Positions 40,501 to 52,114 of a stretch of 64,000 bases of DNA are shown here, one piece after another (within the stretch, counting starts at the first letter, position 1; each line of letters starts with the position of its first letter). The DNA comes from Candidatus Solincola daggyaiensis (lineage in GTDB: Bacteria; Actinomycetota; Geothermincolia; Geothermincolales; RBG-13-55-18), in the NCBI GenBank assembly GCA_015711825.1, contig JACVJD010000001.1, positions 333-64,332 on the forward strand, in the 5' to 3' direction. Position numbers and translations under genes: made by a program. The notes under the pieces were generated by a model. That model did no database searches and was not told where the DNA came from. It was given only the letters and a program-made list of their open reading frames with translations.

Positions 40501-40698
40501 TTACTCCCCCAGGCGCTCCACTTTCACCAGGTGTCTTACCTTGTCGATCATCCCCATTATCTCCGGGGTCTCCCTCTGCTCCACCGAGTGGTTGAGCCTC
40601 TTGAGCCCCAGGGCGCGCACGGTGCGCTTCTGCCGGAGCTGTCTTCCGATGGGGCTGCGCACCAGGGTAATACGCAGCCTGCTTTCCTCCGCGCTCAT
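40501..40698 (-). CDS. rpmD: 50S ribosomal protein L30
   Basis: [24 protein letters not shown]. Confidence 0.9.
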   Translation of the reverse strand: MSAEESRLRITLVRSPIGRQLRQKRTVRALGLKRLNHSVEQRETPEIMGMIDKVRHLVKVERLGE

Positions 40699-41213
40699 TC
40701 CTCCACCGCCTTCTCGGCCCTGCGTGCCTGCGCTATCCTCATCCTCGCCACCTCGCGCGTGCGGCTGATGGTCTTGAGCCCCTGCACCGTCGCTTTGACC
40801 ACGTTCACGGGGTTACGCGATCCGTAGGCCTTGGTAAGCACGTCCTGCACCCCCGAGAGCTCCATCACCGCGCGCACCGGTCCGCCCGCGATCACTCCCG
40901 TGCCCTCGCTTGCCGGCTTGAGCAGCACCCGTGAGGACTCGTATTGTCCCACCACCTGGTACGGAATGGTGGTTCCCCGCGTGGGGACCTTGAAGAGGTT
41001 CCGCTTCGCCCTCTCGACGCCCTTCTGGATGGCCAGCGGGACCTCGCGCGCCTTGCCGTATCCGTATCCCACCACGCCGGCCTTGTCCCCGACCACCACC
41101 AGGGCGGTGAAGCTGAACCTGCGGCCGCCCTTCACCACCTTGGCCACGCGGTTTATGTCGATGACTCTTTCCTCCAGCTCCAGGACGGTCGGGTCTATCT
41201 TGGGCATCTGCAA
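40695..41213 (-). CDS. rpsE: 30S ribosomal protein S5
   Basis: [18 protein letters not shown]... Confidence 0.95.
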   Translation of the reverse strand: MQMPKIDPTVLELEERVIDINRVAKVVKGGRRFSFTALVVVGDKAGVVGYGYGKAREVPLAIQKGVERAKRNLFKVPTRGTTIPYQVVGQYESSRVLLKPASEGTGVIAGGPVRAVMELSGVQDVLTKAYGSRNPVNVVKATVQGLKTISRTREVARMRIAQARRAEKAVEE

Positions 41214-41243
41214 CCTCCGCGCATCATCTCTTGCTCTCCATGT

Positions 41244-41606
41244 TTAAAACTCCAGGCCGCCTTCCCGCGCGCCCTCGGCCAGGGCCTTGACCCTTCCGTG
41301 ATAGAGGTTGCCGCCGCGCTCGAAGACGACTTTCTGCACTCCCTTCTCGCGGGCTCGGGCCGCCACCAAGCGGCCGATCTCCCTCGCCACCTCCGTCTTG
41401 CTCTTGCCGTCGAGGTCCAGGCCCTTCTCCAGCGAGCAGGCGCTGGCCAGCGTATGGCCGGCGACGTCGTCGATCACCTGCGCGTAGATATGGCGGTTGC
41501 TGCGGAAAACGGACAGCCTGGGGCGCTCCGGCACCCCGCTTATCTTTTTACGCACCCGCCTGTGCCGGCGCGCTCTTCCCGCCTGTCGAGCATGCTCCTT
41601 TTTCAT
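41244..41606 (-). CDS. rplR: 50S ribosomal protein L18
   Basis: [19 protein letters not shown]. Confidence 0.95.
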   Translation of the reverse strand: MKKEHARQAGRARRHRRVRKKISGVPERPRLSVFRSNRHIYAQVIDDVAGHTLASACSLEKGLDLDGKSKTEVAREIGRLVAARAREKGVQKVVFERGGNLYHGRVKALAEGAREGGLEF

Positions 41607-41641
41607 CTTGCCTTCACTCTCTCAGGACCCCGTCAGCCATC

Positions 41642-42184
41642 CTATACGGAGGTCTTCCCGGCCTTACGCCTGATCAGCTCGCCCGCGTAGCGCACTCCCT
41701 TGCCCTTGTAGGGATCGGGCTTGCGTAACGCCCTGATCTTCGCCGCCATCTGTCCCACCTGCTGCTTGTCTATGCCCTTGATGCGCAGCTTGGTAGGCGT
41801 TACCACCTCGAACTCCAGCCCCTCCGGCGCCTTGACCAGCACCGGGTGCGAGAAACCGAGGCTCAGCTCTATATCGCGGTCTTTCGCCACCGCGCGGAAA
41901 CCGACGCCGTGGATCTCCAGGTTTTTCTCGAAACCGTTGGTCACGCCCTCCACCATGTTGGCCAGGAGTGAGCGCGTGAGGCCGTGCAGGGAGCGGTGGA
42001 AGCCCGTGTCCGAGGGACGTTTCACCAGCAGCTTGTCCTCCTCCATCTCTATGATCATGTCGGGGTGGAACTCGCGCGTGAGCTCTCCCTTCGGGCCCTT
42101 CACCGTCACCTTACTGCCCTCTATCCTGACCTCCGTCCCCGCTGGGACGGCTATGGGCATTCTGCCGATCCTTGACAACTCCAA
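41642..42184 (-). CDS. rplF: 50S ribosomal protein L6
   Basis: [30 protein letters not shown]. Confidence 0.95.
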   Translation of the reverse strand: MELSRIGRMPIAVPAGTEVRIEGSKVTVKGPKGELTREFHPDMIIEMEEDKLLVKRPSDTGFHRSLHGLTRSLLANMVEGVTNGFEKNLEIHGVGFRAVAKDRDIELSLGFSHPVLVKAPEGLEFEVVTPTKLRIKGIDKQQVGQMAAKIRALRKPDPYKGKGVRYAGELIRRKAGKTSV

Positions 42185-42199
42185 CCTCCGCTTCTCTTC

Positions 42200-42598
42200 C
42201 TACCACACGTATGCTATGACCTCTCCCCCCACGTTCAGCTCGCGCGCCTCGCGGTCGGTGATCACTCCCCTCGAGGTGGAGATGATGGCGATGCCCAGCC
42301 CTCCCAGGACGCGCGGAAGCTCCGTCCTCTTGCTGTACACGCGCAGCCCCGGCTTGCTGATGCGTTTGATGCCGTTGATGAGTTGCTCGCGGTTGGGACC
42401 GTATTTCAGGGTCAACCTGAGGCTATCGTAACTCTCCCCCTTGACCACCTCGAAATCGGAGATAAAACCCTCTCTCTTGAGTATCTCCGCGATGGAACGC
42501 TTGATGCCGGAATAGGGCATCTCCACCGTCTCGTGTCTGGCAGTGCTGGCGTTCCTGATGCGGGTAAGCATATCCGCTATGGGATCGGTCATGGTCAT
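42200..42598 (-). CDS. rpsH: 30S ribosomal protein S8
   Basis: [18 protein letters not shown]. Confidence 0.95.
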   Translation of the reverse strand: MTMTDPIADMLTRIRNASTARHETVEMPYSGIKRSIAEILKREGFISDFEVVKGESYDSLRLTLKYGPNREQLINGIKRISKPGLRVYSKRTELPRVLGGLGIAIISTSRGVITDREARELNVGGEVIAYVW

Positions 42599-42613
42599 CG
42601 TCTGTCCGCCTCC

Positions 42614-42799
42614 TTACCAGCTGGACTTGGTTATTCCCGGAACCTCGCCCTCGTGCACCAGCTCGCGCAGGCAGACGCGGCACAGCTCGAACTTGCGGAA
42701 ATACCCGCGCGGACGCCCGCACCGCCTGCAACGGTAGTAGGCCCGGGTGCTGAACTTGGGAGGTCTCTTCTGCTTGGCTATGAGCGATTTCTTTGCCAT
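42614..42799 (-). CDS. rpsZ: 30S ribosomal protein S14 type Z (zinc form)
   Basis: 61 aa, [20 protein letters not shown]. Confidence 0.95.
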   Translation of the reverse strand: MAKKSLIAKQKRPPKFSTRAYYRCRRCGRPRGYFRKFELCRVCLRELVHEGEVPGITKSSW

Positions 42800-42810
42800 G
42801 CCGCCTCTCC

Positions 42811-43356
42811 TTATTTCCTGGCGCGGAAGGGCATGCCCATGGCCTCCAGCAGGGCCAACCCCTCCTCGTCCGTCGATGCCGTGGTCACGATGGTGATGTC
42901 CATACCCCGAACTCGGTCTATGTCGTCGTAGTCTATCTCCGGGAAGACCAATTGCTCGTCAAGCCCCATGTTGTAATTGCCCCTGCCGTCGAAGGACTTG
43001 GGGTTGAGGCCGCGGAAGTCCCTCACCCGCGGTATGGCCAGAGAGACCAACCGGTCAAGGAACTCGTACATGCGGTCCCCCCGCAGGGTCACCTTACAGC
43101 CCACGGACATGCCGGTGCGCAGCTTAAAGCCCGCCACCGACCTGCGGGCGCGGTTGAGCTTCGCCTTCTGCCCCGTGATCACCGCCAGGTCCTTCATGGC
43201 CCCGTCGATGGCCTTGGGATCGTGGGCACCCTCCCCCACCCCCATGTTCACCACGATCTTCTCCAGGCGCGGCACTTGCATGTCGTTGCGGTAACCGAAC
43301 CTTTCCTTGAGCGCCGGAAGCACCTCCCGGCGGTATTTTTCCTTTAACCTGGGCAC
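42811..43356 (-). CDS. rplE: 50S ribosomal protein L5
   Basis: (M)[11 protein letters not shown]...; GTG start at 43354-43356 with RBS AGGAAGGGAA; the ORF track's upstream extension was rejected. Confidence 0.9.
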   Translation of the reverse strand: MPRLKEKYRREVLPALKERFGYRNDMQVPRLEKIVVNMGVGEGAHDPKAIDGAMKDLAVITGQKAKLNRARRSVAGFKLRTGMSVGCKVTLRGDRMYEFLDRLVSLAIPRVRDFRGLNPKSFDGRGNYNMGLDEQLVFPEIDYDDIDRVRGMDITIVTTASTDEEGLALLEAMGMPFRARK

Positions 43357-43388
43357 CGTATTCCCTTCCTTGGCCACTTTGACTTCTC

Positions 43389-43712
43389 CTACTCGAGGTC
43401 TGCGCCGCACTTGCGGCACACCCGCCTCTTCACTCCCTCTCCGTCGAAGCGGTAGCCTACCCTCACTACGCGCTCGCAGGAAGCGCATACCAGGGCGACG
43501 TTGGAGACATGAATGGGTGCCTCCTTGGTGGCTATCCCGCCCTGAGGGTTCTCCTGGCTCGGGCGCTGATGCTTCTTCACCAGGTTGACCCCCTCTACGA
43601 TGACCATGCGTCTTTCGGGAATGCTCCTCAGGACCTTGCCCTGCTTGCCGCGGTACTTTCCCGTGAGCACCTCCACTTTGTCGCCTCTCTTTATCTTCAT
43701 GCTTCCAGCCAT
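43389..43712 (-). CDS. rplX: 50S ribosomal protein L24 (C4 zinc-ribbon variant C-terminus)
   Basis: [23 protein letters not shown]...; CASC...x17...CRKC in the C-terminal third; RBS aaggag 9 nt upstream of first ATG. Confidence 0.9.
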   Translation of the reverse strand: MAGSMKIKRGDKVEVLTGKYRGKQGKVLRSIPERRMVIVEGVNLVKKHQRPSQENPQGGIATKEAPIHVSNVALVCASCERVVRVGYRFDGEGVKRRVCRKCGADLE

Positions 43713-43734
43713 TTTATGTTCTCCTTCACCGCCC

Positions 43735-44103
43735 CTAGAGCACTTCCGGGGCCAGCGAGATTATCTTCATGAACTTCTTTTCCCTCAGCTCCCTGGCCAC
43801 CGGGCCGAAAATACGCGTCCCGCGCGGATCCTTGGCCTCGTTGATGAGCACCACCGCGTTCTCGTCGAACTTGATATAGGATCCGTCCTGCCTGCGGCGC
43901 TCCTTCTTGGTGCGCACCACCACCGCCTTCACCACGTCGCCCTTCTTCACCGCCCCACCCGGGGTGGCGGATTTCACCGTCCCCACCACGATGTCCCCCA
44001 CGTAGGCGTAGCGGCGCTTGCTCCCGCCGAGGACCTTGATCACCAGCAGCTCACGCGCGCCGGTGTTGTCGGCGATTCTCACTCGCGATTCCGCCTGTAT
44101 CAT
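43735..44103 (-). CDS. rplN: 50S ribosomal protein L14
   Basis: [19 protein letters not shown]. Confidence 0.95.
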   Translation of the reverse strand: MIQAESRVRIADNTGARELLVIKVLGGSKRRYAYVGDIVVGTVKSATPGGAVKKGDVVKAVVVRTKKERRRQDGSYIKFDENAVVLINEAKDPRGTRIFGPVARELREKKFMKIISLAPEVL

Positions 44104-44133
44104 CTTCTTCCTCCGAATCGCGGCCCTGGACCG

Positions 44134-44394
44134 CTACTCCGCCTTTTCCACGATCTCCACCAGGCGCCAGCGCTTGGTGCGCGAGAGGGGCCTGGTCTCC
44201 ATGATGCGCACCAGGTCTCCGACCCGGCACTGGTTCTCCTCGTCGTGCGCGGTGTACTTCTTGCTGCGGCGCACGATCTTGCCGTAAAGGGGGTGAGGCA
44301 TGCGGGTCTCCACCTTGACCACGATGGTCTTGTCCATCTTGTCCGAGACCACCGTGCCCACCCTTACTTTCCTGCGGCTGGTCCTCTCCGCCAT
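44134..44394 (-). CDS. rpsQ: 30S ribosomal protein S17
   Basis: [19 protein letters not shown]. Confidence 0.95.
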   Translation of the reverse strand: MAERTSRRKVRVGTVVSDKMDKTIVVKVETRMPHPLYGKIVRRSKKYTAHDEENQCRVGDLVRIMETRPLSRTKRWRLVEIVEKAE

Positions 44395-44423
44395 GTGCTC
44401 GCTTTCCCTTCTTCCTCAGCCTC

Positions 44424-44639
44424 TCAGGACGCTTCCTCGCGCAGCTCGCGCTCCCTGATCACCGTGCAAATACGCGCTATGTCCTTCCTGGTCTCAAGGA
44501 TCCTGCTGGTGTTGTCCAGCTGTCCGGTTGCGGCCTGGAAGCGCAGGTTGAACAGCTCCTCCTTGGCCTCCTTGAGTTTCTGCAACAACTCCTCGTAGGA
44601 GTAATCGCGCAGTTCCCTGGCTTTCACCTCACTCACCAC
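44424..44639 (-). CDS. rpmC: 50S ribosomal protein L29
   Basis: [27 protein letters not shown]. Confidence 0.9.
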   Translation of the reverse strand: MVSEVKARELRDYSYEELLQKLKEAKEELFNLRFQAATGQLDNTSRILETRKDIARICTVIRERELREEAS

Positions 44640-45051
44640 CCATCGTCTCCCGCTTCACGAAACGGCACTTCATGGGCATCTTGTGCGCGGCCCTGCGCAT
44701 GGCCTCCGCGGCGGTGTGTTCCGGGACGCCCGAGAGCTCGAACATCACCCGGCCCGGCTTCACCACCGCCACCCAGTGGTCGGGGTTGCCCTTACCGCTT
44801 CCCATGCGCGTCTCGGCGGGCTTCTTGGATATGGGCTTGTCGGGGAAGATGTTGATCCATACCTTCCCGCTCCTCTTGACGTGCCTGGTTATGGCCACCC
44901 TGGCGGCCTCGATCTGCCGCGCCGTCACCCAGGAAGGCTCCAGCGCCTGCAGGCCGTATTCCCCGAAGTGCACCTGGGTCCCGCCCTTGGAGCGACCCTT
45001 CATGCGGCCCCTCTGCACTTTTCTGTGCTTGAACTTGCGCGGCATCAACAT
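44629..45051 (-). CDS. rplP: 50S ribosomal protein L16
   Basis: [19 protein letters not shown]. Confidence 0.95.
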   Translation of the reverse strand: MLMPRKFKHRKVQRGRMKGRSKGGTQVHFGEYGLQALEPSWVTARQIEAARVAITRHVKRSGKVWINIFPDKPISKKPAETRMGSGKGNPDHWVAVVKPGRVMFELSGVPEHTAAEAMRRAAHKMPMKCRFVKRETMGGE

Positions 45052-45057
45052 GGGTCC

Positions 45058-45867
45058 TCAGACCTCCTCGTCCTCTTTCGCTTCCCTCGCGGCATCGTCC
45101 GCCGCCGCGGCCGGCTCGGCACTTTCGGCCTCCGCCGCTGCCTCATCTGTCTCCGTCTCCAGGGCATACAGCGCCTCTTTCTCGGGAAGCGACGCAGGGG
45201 CGGCCTCTTCCGCCGTGGCCTTCTCCCTGGGCTTGCGATCGGGCCCCGCAATATCTCCCTTGTAGATCCAGACCTTTACCCCGATAACCCCCATGGTGGT
45301 TCGGGCCTCGTAATAGCCGTAGTCGATGTCCGCGCGCAGCGTCTGCAGGGGGACGCGCCCCTCCCGGTACCATTCCGTGCGGGCCATCTCCGCCCCGCCC
45401 AGCCTTCCCGCGCAGGAGACCTTGATGCCCTTGGCCCCCGCCCGCATGGCGTTCTGCACCGACCTCTTCATGGCGCGGCGGAAGGAAACCCTGCCCTCAA
45501 GCTGCTCGGCGATGTTCTGAGCCACCAGGTAAGCGTCCAGCTCGGGGTAGTTTATCTCCTGTATGTTCACCTGCACTTCCTTGTCGGTCATGCGTGCGAG
45601 GTCGCGTTTTATGCGGTCCACCTCCGCCCCTTTTCGTCCGATGACGATGCCGGGCCTGGCGGTGAAGATGTCCACTTTTACCCGCTTGCTGGTCCTTTCG
45701 ATCTCCACCCGCGAGATGGCCGCCCTCCGCATGTGATGCCTGACGTAACGCCGTATGGCGAGGTCTTCCTGCAGGAGGTCGGCGTAGCCGCGGCTCGCGA
45801 ACCAGCGCGACTTCCAGTCGTATATCACTCCCAGGCGAAAACCGTAGGGATGGACCTTCTGACCCAC
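45058..45867 (-). CDS. rpsC: 30S ribosomal protein S3 with ~55-aa acidic Ala/Glu-rich C-terminal extension
   Basis: [24 protein letters not shown]...; tail ...[50 protein letters not shown]. Confidence 0.95.
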   Translation of the reverse strand: MGQKVHPYGFRLGVIYDWKSRWFASRGYADLLQEDLAIRRYVRHHMRRAAISRVEIERTSKRVKVDIFTARPGIVIGRKGAEVDRIKRDLARMTDKEVQVNIQEINYPELDAYLVAQNIAEQLEGRVSFRRAMKRSVQNAMRAGAKGIKVSCAGRLGGAEMARTEWYREGRVPLQTLRADIDYGYYEARTTMGVIGVKVWIYKGDIAGPDRKPREKATAEEAAPASLPEKEALYALETETDEAAAEAESAEPAAAADDAAREAKEDEEV

Positions 45868-45871
45868 GCTC

Positions 45872-46288
45872 TCATCCTTTCCTTCGCTTCGCCGGACGCC
45901 TGCGCGCGCGGCGCCCGCCCTTCTCGCCCGCCTCGCGCTCGCCCACGATGACCGTGATGTGGCTGGTGCGCTTGCGGATGCGGTTGGCCATTCCCCTGGC
46001 TCGCGGCCGCCAGCGCTTCAAGGTCGGGCCCTCGTCCACATAGCAGTTGACCACCATCAGGTCCTCGGCGCGCAGGCCGTTGTTGTTCTCCGCGTTGGCC
46101 ACCGCCGACTCCAGGACCTTCCCCACCAGGCGAGCGGCGGCCCGGTTGGAGTAATTGGTTATGTAACGGGCTTCCTCCAGGTCCTTGCCGCGGATGAGAT
46201 CCGCGATCTGCCTGGCCTTGTAGGGCGACACGCGCACGTAGCGCGCAACCGCGCGTACCCTTACGCCCTCTTCTGCTGCTTCCGCCAT
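45872..46288 (-). CDS. rplV: 50S ribosomal protein L22 (N- and basic C-terminal extensions)
   Basis: [23 protein letters not shown]...; tail [13 protein letters not shown]. Confidence 0.9.
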   Translation of the reverse strand: MAEAAEEGVRVRAVARYVRVSPYKARQIADLIRGKDLEEARYITNYSNRAAARLVGKVLESAVANAENNNGLRAEDLMVVNCYVDEGPTLKRWRPRARGMANRIRKRTSHITVIVGEREAGEKGGRRARRRPAKRRKG

Positions 46289-46322
46289 GCTTCTCTCCTG
46301 CCTGCTCCTAGACCGTCAACGC

Positions 46323-46607
46323 TCACTTCAAACGGGTGGTGCGCTCGTGGGCATGGCCGTGCTTGGTGCGTCGGCGCGTGGGGGCGAACTCTCCCAGCTT
46401 GTGCCCGACCATGTTCTCGGTCACGTACACCGGCACATGCCTTTTGCCGTCGTGGACGGCTATGGTATGCCCTACCATCTCCGGAAAGATGGTGGAGCGG
46501 CGCGACCAGGTCTTCACCACCCGCTTCTCGTTGCGCCGGTTCAGTTCCTCTATCTTGAAGTAGAGCTTCTCGTCGATAAAGGGGCCTTTTTTCAGCGACC
46601 TGCCCAA
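46323..46607 (-). CDS. rpsS: 30S ribosomal protein S19
   Basis: [15 protein letters not shown]. Confidence 0.95.
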   Translation of the reverse strand: MGRSLKKGPFIDEKLYFKIEELNRRNEKRVVKTWSRRSTIFPEMVGHTIAVHDGKRHVPVYVTENMVGHKLGEFAPTRRRTKHGHAHERTTRLK

Positions 46608-46624
46608 GGCTACCTTCCTTTCCC

Positions 46625-47452
46625 TCAGCTCTTACGGCGACGCACGATATATTTGTTGGACGGCTTGTTCTTCTTGCGTGTACGATATCCCAACGTCGGC
46701 TTCCCCCACGGGGTCACAGGGTGGCGTCCCGCCGAGCTCTTGCCCTCGCCGCCGCCATGGGGATGGTCCACGGGGTTCATCACCGTTCCGCGCACCGTGG
46801 GGCGCCTTCCCTTCCAGCGCCCGCGTCCCGCTTTGCCCTCGGAGAGCAGCTCGTGCTCCACGTTCCCCACCTGGCCGATGGTGGCGCGGCAATTGATGTT
46901 CACCAGGCGCACCTCGCTGGAGGGCAGACGCACGTGGGCAAAACCGCCCTCCTTGGCCATGAGCTGTGCCGCGCCTCCCGCCGAGCGCACCATCTTCCCG
47001 CCCGCCCCCGGCTTCAACTCTATATTATGTATGGTGGTGCCGGTGGGGATGGCATAGAGCGGCAGGGCGTTGCCCGGCTTGATGTCGGCCTCAGGGCCCG
47101 ACATCACCCGGTCCCCCACCTTGAGCTTGAGGGGCGCCAGGATGTAGCGCTTCTCTCCATCCTCGTAGTGCAGCAGGGCGATGCGCGCGCTGCGGTTGGG
47201 GTCGTACTCTATAGCGGCCACCTTGGCGGGGACGTTGTCCTTGTCACGCTTGAAATCGATGACGCGGTACTTGCGCTTGTTCCTGCCGCCCTTGTGGCGA
47301 GTGGTTATCCTGCCCTTGTTGTTGCGGCCCGCCTTGTAGTTGATGGGAGCGAGAAGGGTCTTCTCCGGCTCCTTCTTGGTTATCTCGGAGAAATCTGAGA
47401 CGGAGGCGAAACGCCTTCCCGGCGAGGTCGGCTTATATCTCTTGATGCTCAT
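46625..47452 (-). CDS. rplB: 50S ribosomal protein L2
   Basis: [14 protein letters not shown]... Confidence 0.95.
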   Translation of the reverse strand: MSIKRYKPTSPGRRFASVSDFSEITKKEPEKTLLAPINYKAGRNNKGRITTRHKGGRNKRKYRVIDFKRDKDNVPAKVAAIEYDPNRSARIALLHYEDGEKRYILAPLKLKVGDRVMSGPEADIKPGNALPLYAIPTGTTIHNIELKPGAGGKMVRSAGGAAQLMAKEGGFAHVRLPSSEVRLVNINCRATIGQVGNVEHELLSEGKAGRGRWKGRRPTVRGTVMNPVDHPHGGGEGKSSAGRHPVTPWGKPTLGYRTRKKNKPSNKYIVRRRKS

Positions 47453-47473
47453 CTTCTACCATCCTCTTCCTCG

Positions 47474-47767
47474 TCAACCCAGCGGGCCCTCGAAGAACTC
47501 TATACTGTGTCCCGGGGCCAGGGTCACCACGGCTTTCTTGCGCGCCGCCGTCTTTCCGGCCGTCCACCCCTGTCGCTTGGGCTTAGGGGGCACCTTTATG
47601 GTGTTCACCCCGGTGACCTTGACGTTGAAGATCTCCTCCACCGCCTTGCGCACCTCCGTCTTGTGAGCCTTGGGGTGCACCTCGAAGGTGTACTTGTTCT
47701 GGTCGATGAGCGTGTAGCTCTTCTCCGAGATGATCGGCCGGATGATCACATCATGCGGATCCTTCAT
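47474..47767 (-). CDS. rplW: 50S ribosomal protein L23
   Basis: IIRPIISEKSYTL. Confidence 0.9.
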   Translation of the reverse strand: MKDPHDVIIRPIISEKSYTLIDQNKYTFEVHPKAHKTEVRKAVEEIFNVKVTGVNTIKVPPKPKRQGWTAGKTAARKKAVVTLAPGHSIEFFEGPLG

Positions 47768-48389
47768 CTTCCACCCCTTCCTGCAGTTTTTCGAGGGACG
47801 AGCGGGTGAAGATGACGCGGTCGTTGGCGAGCACGTCGTAGGTGTTCAGGTGCTCCAAGCGCACCACCTCCACGGACGGGAGGTTCCGCATGGACTTGAC
47901 CACGTTCTCGTCCTCTTCCGCCAGCACCAGGAGCGCGTAATCCTCCACTCCCAGCGCCTTGAGGATGGCGGCCGCCGCCTTGGTCCTGGGCTCGCTGAAG
48001 CTGAAGTCCTCGAGAACCATGACCCGGTCCTCGCTCGCGCGCACGCTCAGCGCCGAACGCAGGGCGAGCTTCCGGACCTTGCGATTCACCTTGAAGCCGT
48101 GATCGCGCGGCTGCGGCCCGTGCACCGTGCCGCCTCCCCTCCAGAGAGGAGAGCGAATGGAGCCTGCCCTCGCCCTTCCCGTGCCTTTCTGCCGCCACGG
48201 CTTGCGCCCTCCGCCGCTCACCTTGCTGCGCGGCTTGGTCGATGCCGTGCCCCGGCGCGCGCAAGCCAGCTGGCGGCGCACCACCAGGTGCATGACGGGA
48301 ACGTTTATCTCGCAGCCGAAATAATAGTCCTTGAGCTGCGCCTCGCCCTTCTTGTTACCTTCCGTGTCGTAGACCGGTACCGTCTTCAT
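47751..48389 (-). CDS. rplD: 50S ribosomal protein L4
   Basis: 212 aa, ...STKPRSKVSGGGRKPWRQKGTGRAR... Confidence 0.95.
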   Translation of the reverse strand: MKTVPVYDTEGNKKGEAQLKDYYFGCEINVPVMHLVVRRQLACARRGTASTKPRSKVSGGGRKPWRQKGTGRARAGSIRSPLWRGGGTVHGPQPRDHGFKVNRKVRKLALRSALSVRASEDRVMVLEDFSFSEPRTKAAAAILKALGVEDYALLVLAEEDENVVKSMRNLPSVEVVRLEHLNTYDVLANDRVIFTRSSLEKLQEGVEDEGSA

Positions 48390-48405
48390 ATCTACTTCCC
48401 ATCCA

Positions 48406-49077
48406 TCAGGTCAGGACATGCGCCTTTTTCTTGGCCTTCTTGCGCGCTTTCACGGACTCGCGTATGACCAGGATGCCGCCATCGGGACCGGGAACGCTTC
48501 CCTTCACCAGGAGCAGGTTGCGCTCGGGCTTTACGCCCACCACCTCGAGATTAAGGGCGGTTACGCGCTCCCCACCCATACGCCCGGGCATGCGTGAACC
48601 CTTGAACACGCGCGAGGGGGTGGCGCAGGCCCCTATGGCGCCGGGAGCGCGGTGGAAGTGCGCCCCGTGCGATCCCGGCCCCCCACCGAAGTTGTGGCGC
48701 TTGATAACGCCCGCGTATCCCTTTCCGCGCGACCTGCCGGTGATGTCCACGCGGTCTCCCTTGGAGAAAATCTCCACCCTTATCTCCTGCCCCACGCGGT
48801 AGGCGGAGGGGTCCTCGACGCGCACTTCCGCGAGGTGACGGCGCGGCTCCTGGTCTTTGCTCTGGAAATGGCCGCGTTGCGGTCGGTTGAGCTTCTTCTC
48901 CTTGACCTTCAAGAACCCCAGCTGCAGCGCGTCGTATCCTTCCTTTTCCACCGTCTTTATCTGCGTTACCAGGCAGGGTCCCGCCTCCACCATGGTGACG
49001 GGAATCACCTTCCCGTCCTCGTTGAAGACCTGGGTCATGGCTATTTTCCTACCGATGATTCCCTTCAATTTGTCCAC
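48406..49077 (-). CDS. rplC: 50S ribosomal protein L3
   Basis: GIIGRKIAMTQVFNEDG. Confidence 0.95.
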   Translation of the reverse strand: MDKLKGIIGRKIAMTQVFNEDGKVIPVTMVEAGPCLVTQIKTVEKEGYDALQLGFLKVKEKKLNRPQRGHFQSKDQEPRRHLAEVRVEDPSAYRVGQEIRVEIFSKGDRVDITGRSRGKGYAGVIKRHNFGGGPGSHGAHFHRAPGAIGACATPSRVFKGSRMPGRMGGERVTALNLEVVGVKPERNLLLVKGSVPGPDGGILVIRESVKARKKAKKKAHVLT

Positions 49078-49120
49078 CTCTCGACGGCGCGGCTTCCGCT
49101 TCCGCCGCGGCCATTAGCGA

Positions 49121-49435
49121 TCACAGCTTTATCTCGATATCCACCCCGGCCGGTAGATCCATGCGCATGAGCGAATCCACCGTTTTCGGCGTCGGCTCCA
49201 TGATGTCTATGAGCCGCTTGTGCACCCGCATCTCGAAGTGCTCCCGCGAATCCTTGTTCACGTGGGGGGAGCGGATGACGCAGTACACGTGCTTCTCCGT
49301 GGGCAGGGGAACCGGCCCCGCTATGGACGCTCCCGTGCGCCTCACCGTCTCCACGATCTGCTTGGCCGAACGGTCGATCACCTCGTGATCGTAAGCCTTG
49401 AGCCTAATCCTTATCTTCTGTCTCTGCTTGGCCAA
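49121..49435 (-). CDS. rpsJ: 30S ribosomal protein S10
   Basis: [19 protein letters not shown]. Confidence 0.95.
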   Translation of the reverse strand: MAKQRQKIRIRLKAYDHEVIDRSAKQIVETVRRTGASIAGPVPLPTEKHVYCVIRSPHVNKDSREHFEMRVHKRLIDIMEPTPKTVDSLMRMDLPAGVDIEIKL

Positions 49436-49569
49436 CCTACAGCCTCCATTCTCGCTGCCGCCCTCCTCCGGCCTCGCCTTTGGAGCGACCGCTCCTGCGC
49501 GGCGTCACCGGGCTCCCGGCCTGGAGCGCGTGCGATGGGACGTCGATCAACGCCGCTCTCTTGCCGCCC

Positions 49570-50772
<1,203 letters not shown>

Positions 50773-51000
50773 TTTGACATTCCTCCATCCCTCATCCGTC
50801 TCGTCCCGGCCTTCCCCCGCCCGGAACCATCACCATCAACAACACCGCCACCCGGCCTTGCCGCCCGCGGGAGGCCGGCCATTACGAAACTACCCCGCCC
50901 GACCGTCAAGCGCCAGGCGGGGATATCGCATCATTCGGCTCGAGCACGTCCGCTCTTGCCCTATGCTCCTCTATGCTAACGGGATCCCCCCGTGAACGGC

Positions 51001-51077
51001 TGGTAGCGGTGAGAGGACTTGAACCTCTGACCTCGCGGGTATGAACCGCGCGCTCTTACCAGCTGAGCTACACCGCC
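51001..51077 (-). tRNA. tRNA-Met (anticodon CAT; could alternatively be the lysidine-modified Ile2 type)
   Basis: 77 nt, cloverleaf by eye: acceptor GGCGGTG/CACCGCT, anticodon arm CGCGG-TTCATAC-CCGCG, T-arm AGAGG-TTCAAGT-CCTCT, encoded CCA. Confidence 0.8.
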
Positions 51078-51093
51078 ACGCTTTTTGAATCGA

Positions 51094-51169
51094 TGGAGCC
51101 CGCTAGCAGACTCGAACTGCTGACCCCATCCTTACCATGGATGTGCTCTACCAACTGAGCTAAGCGGGC
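51094..51169 (-). tRNA. tRNA-Thr (anticodon GGT)
   Basis: 76 nt: acceptor GCCCGCT/AGCGGGC, D-loop AGCTCAGTTGGTAGAGC, anticodon arm CATCC-ATGGTAA-GGATG, T-arm AGCAG-TTCGAGT-CTGCT, CCA. Confidence 0.85.
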
Positions 51170-51262
51170 TCGTTCACAATCAAGCGCGCTAATAATATTA
51201 CAACAACCTTTTTTCCGAAACAACGATACGGGGCACGGCTTTCTCGCTGCTATCCCGTGCCG

Positions 51263-51928
51263 TTATTGCAGAAACATGCCAAGGGATGTCTTCACGCCGG
51301 GATCGACTACCACGAACTCGGAGTTCCATTCGCCGTCCAGCATCATGCGCAGGAGACGCGTAGAGCCCGGTATCTCCTCGTACCGCAAACCCAAGGTCTC
51401 CGCCATGGACATGGCGGCGGCGCGGTACTCCTCCAGCCGGTAGTTGCCGGTATTGATGAGCACCAGGCGCTTGTAGTTCGCAAGCATGGCCTTGGCTACA
51501 CGTAGGGCCTTTTCCTCACCGTACCTGCTCACCAGCCTCTCGTACTCGGCTATGGGGAGCTCCGCAGCTTTTATCCATCCCTTGGTGAGAAAATAGGTGC
51601 CGGGCTCCTCCCGCAGCCGGCGAAGGTGCTCCATCCGCGATCCGAGGAATAGGGCTATGCAGTCGTCGACGCGAGGGATGATTAGGCGACGCGTGGGCGA
51701 GGAAAGGCCCACCGCAGCGTTGGAACAGAGGCCGTAGCCCAGGATTATGTCTCCCTCTCCGCTGATGGAATCTATCCTTTCCTGCAGCGCCTCGTGGAGC
51801 GACTCCGGACGGTTATGTAGGCCGAACTCCAGCTCCACGAGCTGGTCCTCTTCCACCCCCATGAGCTTGAGCTCCTCCGCCACCGTCGCGCAGGCGATTA
51901 TCTTTGCCCGGCTTTTCTCCTGCATCAT
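51263..51928 (-). CDS. hypothetical protein (DUF1638-like by recollection)
   Basis: 221 aa, no catalytic motif recognised; family assignment from memory only. Confidence 0.4.
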   Translation of the reverse strand: MMQEKSRAKIIACATVAEELKLMGVEEDQLVELEFGLHNRPESLHEALQERIDSISGEGDIILGYGLCSNAAVGLSSPTRRLIIPRVDDCIALFLGSRMEHLRRLREEPGTYFLTKGWIKAAELPIAEYERLVSRYGEEKALRVAKAMLANYKRLVLINTGNYRLEEYRAAAMSMAETLGLRYEEIPGSTRLLRMMLDGEWNSEFVVVDPGVKTSLGMFLQ

Positions 51929-52114
51929 CCCCTCCCCGGAAAATCAAGCCCCCGTGAGGGCCTAGTGCGTCAGGCACCATCGGCAATATGACTCTATTCT
52001 TACTTCCATTTAGATATCATGCCATGACCCATATATCGGCGATGCGAACGGAATGGACATTCACCCTCGTGCACCGAATGGAGGTACCCCATGCGGTCAG
52101 CATCACCTTCAACT

